This document shows, piece by piece, positions 44,301 through 54,433 of a DNA stretch of 64,000 nucleotides. Positions within the stretch are counted from its first letter, which is position 1; each line of letters begins with the position of its first letter. The notes under the pieces were generated by a model that was not told where the DNA came from, did not search any database, and saw nothing but the letters and a program-made list of their open reading frames with translations. Made by a program: the position numbers and the translations under genes. The DNA is from Antedon mediterranea (taxonomy: Eukaryota > Animalia > Echinodermata): positions 23,422,795 to 23,486,794 of the forward strand of contig NC_092670.1 of NCBI RefSeq assembly GCF_964355755.1, written 5' to 3'.

Positions 44301-46459
44301 GCAACAACAAAATGTACAAAGTCATCCGCAATATACACAGCATCAGCAAATGCAGCAACATCAACAAAATATAGAAAAACAACAACAAATACAGAAACAC
44401 ATTTCAGACCAGGTTGAAACAAATCAAACAAGAAAAGTACCTGGATTCCGTGTGTCATCATTTGGAAAAAACACTAACCCACCAAAGAAACCAACTCGTA
44501 ATAATTCTCTACGTCTGGAATTAGTGACTGCACCAAGTACAGTTCCACCAAAACCTACACTTGTTCAGGTTAATCATAGCCCAAGTGACCAATATGCAAA
44601 TAGGCCAAAACATTTGCATAATGAACATAAAAGTAATCCAACAGATTTGCATAGTCAACCATTACATTTGCATAAACCTAACCAGCAACCAATGGATTCA
44701 AACATCTTGAATTATGATAAGGAAAAAGAGCAGGCTCATATGAATAATGTTCAACCTAACATAGGTGCTAATTTGCATAAGCCGTTTGTTAAACAAAGGA
44801 CTTCACCTGCACAACAGTATAATGAAATAAGAAATATATCCAGAAGTGATGACTCAACACATCGGCAAAATGTAGAAGCAGTTAAAAAACATGGGGATAA
44901 AAATAAATCGAAATCATCACCCAAAAAGACATTGAAACCTGATAATAAATGCAACTTGTCTAGTGATGACGAGGAAGGTATTCACAGACCTAAGACTGCT
45001 AACCTTGGTGCTAATGATACAGACACTGTTTTACGTTTACATTCACCTAAACATCGACATTATTCTGATGCAAGCTCCAAAAAGAGCTTCATTCCAGAAG
45101 TGCCCAAACCACCATTTGTACCGGCAATTGCCTCACCAGCTAAAACTGGTGACCAGGATCAAACAAAATTACTTGTCAGAGAACCAAGTGTAGATTTGTA
45201 CTCTGCAGACTTTGACCAGTTGGATGGCATGGATGATGCAGTGGAATCAGATAGTAGTGATAATGTGGATCTTTTGTCAGGTTTTGAGAATGAAAACACT
45301 GATACAATCAAGAAACAGCCAACAAAACAGGTTATAAAAGATATTCCATTTGAGGATTCACCAGGAGACATACAATCCGGACATTCTGTTGGTGCAGGTA
45401 ACTTGCTTTTCACTTGTGTTTTCATAGAATGTCAGCCTAATGTTGCCTCCTTCTCTCCCATTTTACTCCTTTTTATTATATTCCATTGTATTTCATTTCA
45501 TTTTTATTTCATTTTACTCCATTTCATTTTATTCCATTTCAGTCAATTTCATTCCATTCCACTACATTTCAGCATTCGCTAAATTATATTATTCTTAATT
45601 TCTATAAAGAAAATGATCATTTTTCATCAAATCTATCACACTTTTTAAGCTTGTCTACACTATCAAACTTTGTCACAACAAAATGTGATGTGCCCATATG
45701 GACATGATCATGTCATATCACTACAATATTTGGGCATATCACTACCATATTTGAGCTCATAACATAACACAGCTCATTTTGTGTAGATAGAGCTTTATGT
45801 TATGGAATTTGTAAGCTAAAATTAATTTTGTATTGCTATTTCTAGATCTTGAAGATCTTGAAACTCTACTACTACGAGGAGAAAACAGCAGCCAGAATGT
45901 GTCAATATCGTCGTTAGATTTTCCACCTCCACCTTCAGATATTATTGATTATTCAGACTTGAATATACCTGATGATGACCTGCCTCTACCTCCACCACCG
46001 TCACATCTTCTTCCTCCTGTGTAAGTATCTTCATTTCTTTCAATTTTTTTTTACTGTATAATAAACTTAAGTGACCTGAGGTAATACTGTAATAACTATA
46101 ATAATAATGATATAAAAAAAGTAAGTGTGTGGATGGAGGCCATACTAAGTTTAAAAAACTTTAAGGCATGGTCGCCAGTTAAAATAAGAGTTACAAAAAA
46201 AATGATTAGGAGAGAGAAAAGAAAAATGTATGCACCTAGCAAGTATTGTTGGTGTTGCTGATAGGAAGAGATGCTTAAGATTATAATGTTGTTGTTGCTT
46301 TATTGAAGTATTGTTTTTCTCCTTTATTTGTTTATTTTAAATGTTTGGTTTTCTTTGTTTAGTCCTGGTGCAGCAGGACCTGAACAAGATGATGTGTTCG
46401 ATGACATTCAGTCAATGTTTACAAACTTAGCAGAGGATTTAGCAAGTATGATGAAATAA
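5317..46459 (+). CDS. CASKIN: Caskin-family scaffold (ankyrin repeats, SH3, 2x SAM, long low-complexity region, Caskin C-tail); 5' exons lie upstream of the window
   Basis: Phase-consistent GT-AG exons: 5317-5462, 5734-5954, 14391-14499, 15384-15492 (ANK: [36 protein letters not shown]); 16698-16792 and 20577-20694 (SH3: [16 protein letters not shown]|[24 protein letters not shown]); 34564-34614, 35980-36147, 37574-37707, 39056-39182, 39512-39687, 39826-39940, 40202-40275; 40572-40682 and 41107-41208 (SAM1: [46 protein letters not shown]); 41857-45397 (SAM2 plus low-complexity region); 45846-46020; 46363-46459 ([22 protein letters not shown], like the Caskin tail DDISTMFDALADQLDAML). About 1,890 codons lie in the window. 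The linker exons between 34.5 and 40.3 kb are less certain than the domain exons. Confidence 0.93.
6810..6941. mobile_element. MITE family A copy (TIR AGCTCTGTCTACACTATCAAACT)
   Basis: Internal tgtgatgtgcccaaatatggtagtgatatg..atatgggcacat core with terminal inverted repeats (TIRs). The same family occurs at 12972, 16986, 27717, 37738 and 45648. Confidence 0.8.
7478..7716. mobile_element. Degenerate MITE family B fragment (related to 9204-9490 and 53065-53215)
   Basis: Shared ccccctgaaaaa / tttacc..aatttaaagcaaaa / gaatttaacc / cctattcaaa..ctgattt..attcatcttcat blocks. It ends in ggggataatacatc, complementary to the family's left end. Confidence 0.45.
9200..9490. mobile_element. MITE family B, left part (TTAA-AGGTGTATTGTCCCC, Kolobok-like terminus)
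   Basis: TTAA followed by an AG terminus; internal similarity to 7478-7716 and 53065-53215. Confidence 0.45.
9898..10145. repeat. Tandem repeat, ~70-bp unit x ~3.5
   Basis: gctaagcctcccagctatccttattacccattcacagaacctttttaagtaagcttcaagatagcaatga repeated. Confidence 0.9.
12972..13109. mobile_element. MITE family A copy (degenerate)
   Basis: agctctgtctgca left TIR plus catatcactaccat..tttgggcacatcac core. Confidence 0.7.
14570..14840 (-). mobile_element. Possible decayed SINE fragment (Deu/Nin-like central domain)
   Basis: GC-richer island whose minus strand reads aaagaacccc..gtgtcctggtcaatcacagcccc, loosely like the Deu/Nin-SINE domain as recalled. It shares short motifs with 58000-58085. 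Confidence 0.3.
15549..16576. repeat. Minisatellite, 54-bp unit x ~19 (Caskin intron)
   Basis: ctgtagacaacctgtatactggtcagggcagagatatagaggcctgccatgggc repeated; this generates the repetitive ORFs at 15547-16608. Confidence 0.95.
16856..16990. repeat. 15-bp unit x 9 (tgtagagtaaagctc) abutting a family A MITE
   Basis: Perfect copies; the unit contains the first bases of the MITE TIR (aagctctgt). Confidence 0.95.
16986..17128. mobile_element. MITE family A copy
   Basis: Family core plus right TIR agtttgatagtgcagacagagct. Confidence 0.8.
18748..19075. repeat. Diverged tandem duplication, ~180-bp unit x2
   Basis: acctaggcactatac..ctatactcaacataa..aaataatcaa..aagttagtg..tatgtggt..tagta appears twice. 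Confidence 0.7.
20790..21255. repeat. Minisatellite, 27-bp unit (gatatatactgtatacggagggagggt)
   Basis: About 12 near-perfect copies plus degenerate flanks; explains the repetitive ORFs at 20712-21256. Confidence 0.95.
21638..21820. mobile_element. Palindromic MITE (PIF/Harbinger-like)
   Basis: Long imperfect TIRs: tggttcccact..acgcaaggacgtaa..gcaacgcaag / cttgcgttgcgttacgtccttg..agtgggaacca. Confidence 0.75.
23248..23643. repeat. C-rich minisatellite, 18-19-bp unit (cctacctcctcccaccagc)
   Basis: Degenerate tandem copies; G-rich on the minus strand. Confidence 0.9.
24279..24483 (-). mobile_element. tRNA-derived SINE (older copy)
   Basis: Homologous to 60885-61120; Pol III B box GGTTCAATCC and an A-box-like sequence on the minus strand. 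Confidence 0.75.
25983..26609 (+). mobile_element. Non-autonomous DNA transposon, 627 bp, TTAA TSD, AG...CT ends (Kolobok-like)
   Basis: TTAA|AGACCCCTTCCCT ... AGGGAAGGGGGCT|TTAA; near-identical inverted copy at 56556-57182. Confidence 0.88.
27717..27879. mobile_element. MITE family A copy (full length)
   Basis: agctctgtctgcactatcaaa ... tttgatagtgtagagagagct TIRs. Confidence 0.85.
35051..35853. repeat. G-rich minisatellite (17- and ~24-bp units, gatggagagtaggggga) inside a 12-bp inverted-repeat pair
   Basis: The array at 35072-35782 is flanked by agacagatccag (35051-35062) and ctggatctgtct (35842-35853); (ccctaa)2 at 35795-35806. Confidence 0.85.
37130..37465. mobile_element. Tandemly duplicated Tc1/mariner-type MITE fragments (TA-CAGTAGAACCTC family)
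   Basis: tacagtagaactcctattaagaggacacc..gtccccttaataggg appears twice. Related pieces lie at ~17235, ~21255, ~33572, 38636 and ~55145. Confidence 0.55.
37738..37892. mobile_element. MITE family A copy
   Basis: gtctacactatcaaact ... gttgatagtgtggacagagc. Confidence 0.8.
38636..38792. mobile_element. Tc1/mariner-type MITE with TA TSD
   Basis: TA|CAGTAGAACC ... GGATTTACTG|TA. Confidence 0.6.
38797..38967. mobile_element. Palindromic MITE family C (Harbinger-like); second copy at 49975-50145
   Basis: cacacctgttccggcac..atcaacgtcaatgttt / aaacattgatatttgat..gtgccggaacaggtgtg inverted arms. Confidence 0.75.
41857..45397 (+). CDS. CASKIN: Caskin giant exon (3541 bp): SAM2, Caskin linear motifs, poly-Q/H region
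   Basis: Acceptor ttctag|CCT at 41857 and donor GCAG|gtaact at 45397. Encodes [43 protein letters not shown] (SAM), the [16 protein letters not shown] and DTIKKQP motifs resembling those of the vertebrate Caskin proline-rich region, and a Gln/His-rich block at ~43573-44400. Confidence 0.92.
45648..45793. mobile_element. MITE family A copy
   Basis: agcttgtctacactatcaaact ... gtgtagatagagct. Confidence 0.75.
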
Positions 46460-46544
46460 CAGTGCAAAACTAAGTGGAATATGTGCCAATATTGGTGCCA
46501 TAAACTGCCTGTATTTGTGCCATAAACTTCCATACACCATGCTG

Positions 46545-46708
46545 CTGGAAGTGCATGTCATGGTTGCCAAGTACATGCCATGACTACTAGAAGTGCATGT
46601 CATGGTTGCCAAGTACATGCCATGACTACTGGAAGTGCATGTCATGGTTACCAAGTAAATGCCATGACTACTGGAAGTGCATGTCATGGTTGCCAAGTGC
46701 ATGCCATA
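46545..46708 (+). repeat. 42-bp tandem repeat x4 in the Caskin 3'UTR
   Basis: ctggaagtgcatgtcatggttgccaagtacatgccatgacta repeated, starting ~85 nt after the stop codon. Confidence 0.9.
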
Positions 46709-47315
46709 CTGTGGGTGTGGTTCTGTGTGACTGCTACAAGCAGTCACACAGCAAACCTTTGTAAGTGGAAAGAATGTAGAATTTATGATAATTAAAATGA
46801 TATCAATTGCTGAATAAATACTGACCTGATGAACAGAAAATGTTACTACCATGATGAAAGACTTGGTGAACCAGTCAGACTTTGGGAGACCAGTAGCATC
46901 CACTAGTTTCTTTCTCCACATTCTTAGTTAGTGGAGAAGTTCGCCATCACAAGGAAACATTAAAAGTATTTGTTACTGACCTTATGGCATGACCAGAAAG
47001 ATTCAGTCAACATGTGTCTATTTTACTATGTTTTTATTACAAGCCAAAATAATTTGTGGATACAAGATCAAGGAAGCAACATGTACTAATAATCTGCAAG
47101 AGAAACTTCAGAAATTGTTTCTGTTTGAGAAAAAAATATTTTATGTTATGGTTATAGTTAGTTGCAGAAGGCATTGTAAAATTATATTATAACCAGTGCA
47201 ATTTTTAAAATGAAAATATCTTATATTTATCATGACGGTTGCTATTGGAAGTAGGTGACTAATAGCAATTTAACTTGGATTAAACGATCTCAAAGTCTCT
47301 CATACAGTAAACAGT

Positions 47316-47834
47316 AGGGACTTTTAGATTGAGTGAATGTGCACACAAAGGTAGACAACTTTTCTCGTCGACAGATATAAAAACTTTTAGATTAAGTGGA
47401 CATTTACAATGACATGCCAGTCAACTTATGACGTAATGGAAGTACAGTCTTAGGCCAGGCTAAGTGTGTAGCTTAGTCCTAGCCAAGATTCTTAATTTTC
47501 TGAACGAAGGCTGGCGTCCTAGTGATAAGACGCAGGCCATAACCTGTATTATTGAAAGCTTTATTTAAAATAAAGAATACAAATCAATAATTTGCAAATA
47601 TAATTTGATTGAAATTCACCTTACTACATTCTCAGAAAATCATCCCGAGATTCTCGGGCATGATTTTGGGTAAGCATTTGCAGCGTCATTTATTACATCA
47701 TACGTCCACTGGTACTCATGTTCGAGAGAGAATGTCAAAATGCCACTGAACAAGCGCACCAGTTGCCTAGCGCATATCATAAAAATTAATAGCGGTTGAC
47801 ATACAGTAGTCGACTTGAAAATCTAAAAGTCTCT
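47316..47834. mobile_element. MITE (~520 bp), TIR AGGGACTTTTAGATT / AATCTAAAAGTCTCT
   Basis: 15-bp TIR with one mismatch and a GC-richer interior; lies downstream of the Caskin stop codon. Confidence 0.65.
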
Positions 47835-49974
47835 ATTGACTTCAGACAGACTACAAATATGTTGAAAAAAACATATCACATTTGTATCAAAACAAATTCA
47901 TTCATAACCAAGCAATCTCTTGTTTCAAAAACCGGTATAAAACATCATTTGGGTCTGCGCCAAGAATCTTTTAAGGCAATTCCACTTACCTTTTAAAGTT
48001 TATAGTTTTCTAATCAAGAGAGTTTATTTGTGTCGATGTCAATGAAATTTCTTTGCTAATTGATTTGAAAATGGTCAACTATGCAGTCCAAATTTGAGGT
48101 GCTTTTAAATTGATTGATACTTTGCTCATTTGTTAATATGGAACAAATTGTTGTCCGATTCAATATTTAAGTTGTCGTCGTCTTTTTAATCCAGACCAAA
48201 ACACTTTTTATTAAGAATAGTCTCATTCATCCAGACCAATAAATATTTGTTAAAGACTACAGTATTTTGTAAATTTGTCAACTCCAGTCACAGATCAAAA
48301 AAGCGTTCCACAATGGAGAGGGACCATTAAATAAGCCAAATCTCATACGCCAGTTCAAAGTTAACCCACTACTTAGTCACGCACCACTATATCTGAGAAT
48401 ATTCTTATACAAACTTTGTATGCAAAAAAAAAGACAATTGCCATTAATAATAATTTAATAAAAACTGTTACGTACTGTCATTGACAAAAATATTTAAGTT
48501 ATTATTTTGAACATTAAAATACAGGACCATTTTGAGGAGTCCTGTTTGATGTCATTTTGCTGCTGCTTGTTGACCCTCTAGTAATTTAATAGTATGTCTA
48601 TATCTAAAACATACCTTATGTATTGTATTCAAAGGTGTATATTTAAAACAGTAGATACTATAAAAAAAACGGCAGTTTGAATATGGGTAAATTATTGCTT
48701 TACATTATTGTAATATTGTACATTTATACTATAGTTTTTGCACAAATTACTTACGAAGATGTAATTTAAAATTGCTCTTTCTGTCTAAACAGTATTTTTA
48801 CTTTAATTTTATCAAAGTAATTTTTTATTTTATTGTTTATAAATACAAATTTGTTTTATACCGACAAATGTCTTCTAATTTTTGAGAAAAAAATACATAT
48901 AAAGATATACTGTATTAGTTTGTACAAATGTAAAATAAAATATTAGTGTAGGAAATATGTATAGAAACAGGTGGATAAGATTTTGTATTCATATACATTC
49001 ATACACATTATAGAATAAGGTATGTGTATGAATAAGGTCTTTTTCTCACAAATTATGTATAGTGTACTGTAAAATTGACAAAATGTGAAAAATGGTAAAA
49101 TTGTATTGTTTTGTTCACATACACATGTTAAACCTTGGTTTCTTGTGCATAACAATGAATAAATACAGTTACAAAATTGTTCCCAAAAGTTGAAAAGAAA
49201 TGTATTAATTTCAAGTGAATGTTTTATTAATATTGCCTATTGGATTAATGTTGCTGAACAGTCTTACCTGTTTAACCACATGTGTTCTTAATGGTTGCTT
49301 TTGTAAGGTTGAGCTGGGTTGGTATGGGGAGACACAAGGGACAAAACAACTATTTCACATAAACAAAAATGTATCATTTTACTGGTTGACCTTACTGATA
49401 TACAACCCAGTAATATTAGTACTGTATTACAGTATATTCATGTATTTCTATTTCTTACTTACCTTTACAAACCAACTGTGTACCATATGTGTAGGGCCCT
49501 AAATGTTGTCACCATACCACTTCACCAAACTTTTTTTTAATTGTATTTTTACACCCGATGATGGTGTAACTTTGTAAATATGTTAAATAAGACGTTAAAC
49601 CGTGATCAGTTATTTAAGCAAATCCTTGCACTATTTTGAATTATGTGAAAATATGAACAACGAAAATAAAGTGGAGAAATGTTACGTTATTTATTGTGTG
49701 TTTTATTTGCCGCAGAGAAAACATATACTGTAACACCTAATTCATTATTACGATAACCAGTATGCTCTTGTATGCTCTGATATGATGAATTTCTAACCCA
49801 GCACTTGTTTGATTGGTTTTAGAACATTCTGAACAGGGTTTGTTCTTGTTGCCCAATAAAAAAAAAAGACACATGAGAACAATGATTAATTATTCCAATA
49901 GTTGACTTTTATTCTTTTTAGGTCCTTTTTTTGGTTACAATAAAATAACTTGCTAAAATTTGTTTTTATTGAAT

Positions 49975-50145
49975 AAAGGGTCTTTCACACCCATTCCATC
50001 ACGATTCTGGTGCGACGGCAAATTGAACGTCAATGTTCCGTTTTCATGATGCTCCACATGGCTATGCGCGGATGGATATGCTGGTAGCAGCATGAAAAAG
50101 AAACATTGATGTTTGATTTGATATGCCGGAACAGGTGTCCAAGCT
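49975..50145. mobile_element. MITE family C copy between the Caskin and coilin 3' ends
   Basis: agggtctttcacacc..aacgtcaatgtt..aaacattgatgtttgat..tgccggaacaggtgt; similar to 38797-38967. Confidence 0.65.
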
Positions 50146-50317
50146 AAGTTAAAATAAAGCATTTAAAGTGCATATTCATGTACTGTACAGTATCTTGCCT
50201 TTTAATACATGATTCTTCATTTGCGTGACACTACCCTGTCAATAATTATGGCAGCAAAACCAATGTTGATGTTTTTGCGGATACCTTGCAAGTTGGTCAA
50301 ACCTAGAATTCCATTTT

Positions 50318-53300
50318 CTATGTGATAAGTCTTGGAGCCATAACTGCTGACCACTGCACGGAAACCTGCAAGGTAATTTTAATATTATACTACTACAATT
50401 CTAACAAATTCTTTCTCCACATTTGTATATTTTTTGTGGCAAAATCAACATATTTATACATACCACATTCTCATGTTCTGTTTTATCTTGTATGTATTCT
50501 TCATCTAGTTCCATCTCAAACCGTCCCTCACGTTTCATATTTTCACTTGATGTGAATCCTTCACATAATTCTAGTGTTACAGATTGTGAGGTCGCATCAT
50601 ATTCAATTACCTTTCCTTCCTAGAGAAAGAAATCAAATAATATGTTGGATTAAAAAACTAGATGACTTAGTTTAAGGGGGCCCTTATGTCGACACGGAAC
50701 TAAACTCAACCCTACTCAACTAAAAGGAACTAGAGAGCACGCATATGTCGAAATTTTGAGCAATGGAACTGAAAGGAATCGGTGTGCGAGCACATATGTC
50801 AACACTGGAACTGATTGTAACTAGTTGTGGTTACCTTACGTGCGCATTTGTATAGGAACCAGTATGCGTGAGCGCTTTTAAATTAAAATTGAACTGATCC
50901 CTATTAGTCGTGTGGCTTGATTCAAAGTTTTGTTGTGCCTGTCAGTGTTCAGTTGCTCGGAGCACTTATGTCAACACAGTTGAGGTGAGTTCCATGTCGA
51001 CATAAGGGCAGTTCAGGCAGAAAATCTCAGTTAACAGTCTGTTCTCCACATTTCAATATTAAGGTAAGGTTTCCCATTTGAATACTTTACTAATTGTCAA
51101 TTTCTTGATTTAGATCATGTATGATATTTACCTTATATGCAGACACTTCTGGCATGTAACTTGCTGAAAGTTCCAAAATCTAACAAGACAGATCATATAG
51201 TAGAAGTTATCAAGAGACTTTATTGGGTTGTTCCGACACAACCTGCCTCAACAACACGAGTCTCGCCTCAACCCATGAGGTTTCTCCTCAACACCACGAT
51301 CCTCTCCTCAACCCATGAGGTCTCTCCTCAACCCATGAGGTCTCTCCTCAACACCACGAGTCTCTCCTCAACAACACGAGTCTCTCCTCAACCCATGAGG
51401 TCTCTCCCTGACCTAAATGTCACTCTATAGTAGAGGGAACCTGCTTCAACACCACGAGTCTCTCCTCAACCCATGAGGTCTCTCCCTGACCTTAAATGTC
51501 ACTCTATAGTAGGGGGAACCTGCCTCAACACCACGAGTCTCTCCTCAACCCATGAGGTCTCTCCCTGACCTAAATGTCACTCTATAGTAGGGGGAACCTG
51601 CCTCAACACCACGAGTCTCTCCTCAACCCATGAGGTCTCTCCCTGACCTAAATGTCACTCTATAGTAGGGTTACACTTACTTCTACTGTATGGTTACATT
51701 AATACAGATTTTTTTTTTAATATCTGTCGTTCTTTCATTTTTAATTGGTAGTAGCAATAGAATTAAAAAAATATTTTAAACTTTACCTTATAACAAATAA
51801 CATCTCCTACTCTTGGTGGTCCTATAAGTGGATTTAATTTGCTGTAGTCTCTTGATGGAGGTGGTGGCAAATTGGTAGGCTGCTAAAATAAAAAATGTTA
51901 TTCGTAAACAAATGTAATAGTTGTACAGTATACCTACCCATACAAAAATCTTGCTGATTCTCAGTTATTTTTGTTGTCAAGATAAAAATATTTTTACCTT
52001 CTCAACCACTTCCTTCTGTATCTCCTGATTCCTTAAAACCTCGATATTCATTTCCTGAATTTCTTCCCCCTCCCATCTGTCTTCCTTATTTTTATCATTC
52101 ACTTCTGTTGATTTTATTCCCACTTCATTCCCAGTCTCCTCTTGAATATTTCCAAGATCAGTATCATCATCGTCGCTGCTACTACTATCTGGATCAGACT
52201 CGAAGAATATGTGTTTTTTGTCGCCGTTCTCCTTGACCCGACGAACCTTGACCTTTGTTTTGTTACCTACGCTGGCCGTCGGTACTTCAACAGCATTTTT
52301 AGTCCCTTGCTTATTGGTGGTAATGTTGTTTTTAGTTTTACTTAGCTCAGTGTTCCATTTAATTCTTGGTCTTTTGTTACCATCTGAAGATGAAGTATCG
52401 GAACTAGAGCTATCGCTACTACTACTACTCTGTACGTCCATTGTTGCTGTTTGCTTTTTCTTTTTAGATTCTTTCAATACATTGTCTTTATCAAGCACCT
52501 TTTCCAATTGAGATGATTTTGCTTGTTTTTTACTAATTACTTCAGTTTCATCGTTAGTGTTTGTTTGTGAATTACACTGTATTCTATCCAAACTTTTTTC
52601 ACTAATACTTTTTTTAAATTTGTGTTTCTTTTTCTTATCAATTTTTTTATTCTTCTTCGCACTTTCTGTATCATTTACTTCTTCTACCTTTTTCTTTTTA
52701 TTTACTGATTCATTCACTAATAATTGTTTTTTGTCACGGTCATTCTCGCTTGGCGTACTAGCTGTTAGCTGACTGTTTTCAGCAGTTCCTGAAGATTTCC
52801 TTTTTCGTTTCTTAATTTTCTCTTTTTTAGTTTCACATTCGTCTAAACAAACAGAAATATCTGGTTTCAATCGAACCCTGAAAAATTATCAATTGAAAAA
52901 AACAATGTTGTTAGGATATTAATAGCATCATGTAAACTTGTTTCATAGCCTTGTGTACCAACTGAAAATATTATATTATTGTTTGTAATTTGTATTTTGT
53001 GTACAGTATAAACAAGAAATATTTTTTTACAAAAAACGCTGCTCGCTTATTGAAAAATATTTTATTGTCACATAATAGTTATTTTACCTGAAAAAATGTA
53101 ATTTAAAGCAACAAATACTTAAATTGTCTGTCAGACAATGGTTTTTGGGTTTCTTTTCTTTTTTTATATATGTGAATAAATATTATTTTTTTGTTACAGA
53201 AGTGAATACTCAATTTCTGTCACTTTAGTTAATTTTATTGCTAAGGTCAAATCTGGGGGTCACTTCATCACCCTAGATATTTCAATTGTGAAGTATCCTA

Positions 53301-54001
53301 TTACAAACACAAACTTTAATGGACTGTTTCGATAATAATTCAATGAATATCTGACAGTGAATATACAGTACCTGAAATGCTTAGGGATTTGTAATTTTAG
53401 CATGACATGTCCTAATAGACTCTTTCCCAGACGTTTTTTGGGTCTACTGTAGCAGCTGGAATCAATAAATCATAGTGGAGTTTCCATTTTAACAAAACTG
53501 TCTGTCCTTAGAACTATAACTGCTGCTTGCTTTAGCTTCTGATTGAGTAGTCCTAATGGGACGTAGCGGGCTAGAGCAGCAGCGTGAAAAATAAGAATAG
53601 ACTATTAACCTACCTAGCTACCTAACTAAGCCTCACAAATAGAAGAGAGAGTGTAGAAGGAAGGTAAAATAATTAATTAGCATGATAAAACTATCCATAA
53701 AAGCCTAACTACGCAAAAAGATAACTATATAAAAGCTAGGCCCTTTTGAAACAGTCAATTGCAGATTTATTGTAGCTTACCTCACGACGACAATGTCGTT
53801 ATCGTGTATCAACTCAATACCGTCCTTTGAGGGTAGAATAAAGTCATCAATAAATAAAGACACTTTTGATGATTTCTCAATAGGGAAACGTTTTTTAATA
53901 CCCTTTTCTAAGTCTTTAATTATCACATGTTTTGAATCAACAAGGAACATACATTTCTTGATATCAACGCCGTCAAATATTAACTTTATCCTGACAGCCA
54001 T
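50318..54001 (-). CDS. COIL: Coilin (Cajal body scaffold), 6 exons, ~482 aa
   Basis: Exons: 54001-53781 (MAVRIKLIFD..FLVD..IKDL..LFIDDFILP..LIHDNDIVVV, coilin N-terminal domain); 52877-51998 (Lys-rich NLS-like and Ser/acidic patches); 51882-51787 (RDYSKLNPLIGPPRVGDVICYK); 51179-51132 (ILELSASYMPEVSAYK); 50619-50464 (EGKVIEYD..GRFE); 50365-50318 (VQWSAVMAPRLIT*). The last four match the coilin C-terminal Tudor-like domain. All junctions are GT-AG and in phase. Confidence 0.92.
50680..51009. mobile_element. MITE in a coilin intron, TIR GCCCTTATGTCGACAYGGAACT
   Basis: ~22-bp TIRs with one mismatch, plus internal subrepeats of tatgtcRaca. Confidence 0.8.
51240..51670. repeat. Compound minisatellite (21-bp subunits within a ~78-bp unit) in a coilin intron
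   Basis: cctcaacaccacgagtctctcctcaacccatgaggtctctccctgacctaaatgtcactctatagtag repeated. Confidence 0.9.
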
Positions 54002-54433
54002 TTTTCGATAAACAGCGTGCTGCAAAACCTTAACTCGAGCGTTTACGATTACTCGAGCGTAGTAAGAAATGTTATTGTATGGAACGCCATTTGGGCATTA
54101 AAGACAATATACAGTTAGCATATCCTTTGTTCCTTTCATGAATTTAAACTACTATTTACTAACTTTGTCCCTTGTTGAAATGAATTAAGTTCATTGATTG
54201 GTTTTAGGTAGTGATATCAGCACTACCATTATGAACTTTGAATTTAGTACACACTTAAAGTGCGTTTACAAAACAAACGGTATCTACTGTAAATAAGTTC
54301 TAAAATATTGCTTACTTAGCCCATATCACATAGGTATATTTGCAATAAATCTGGGACAAAAACTTGTGTGAACTTGTACAGTAGACTTAATTGCATGGTA
54401 AAGACAGCAGAAACAATAATACTTTGATCAAAG
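54002..54433. promoter_or_regulatory. Divergent (bidirectional) promoter region between coilin and the ependymin-related gene
   Basis: The start codons are separated by 432 bp, head-to-head. A CpG-containing direct repeat ACTCGAGCGT occurs at 54033-54042 and 54051-54060, and a YY1-like CGCCATTT at ~54084. Confidence 0.55.

Noticed and set aside
43586-44461. Long antisense ORFs (291 aa, 149 aa) rich in Val/Ala/Leu
   Set aside because: Mirror frames of the CAA/CAG poly-Q tract of Caskin.
45398-45582. Hydrophobic Phe/His-rich C-terminus of the 1239-aa ORF (apparent TM segment)
   Set aside because: Read-through into an intron with (tttca)n-like repeats past the donor at 45397; the true C-terminus is in exons 45846-46020 and 46363-46459.
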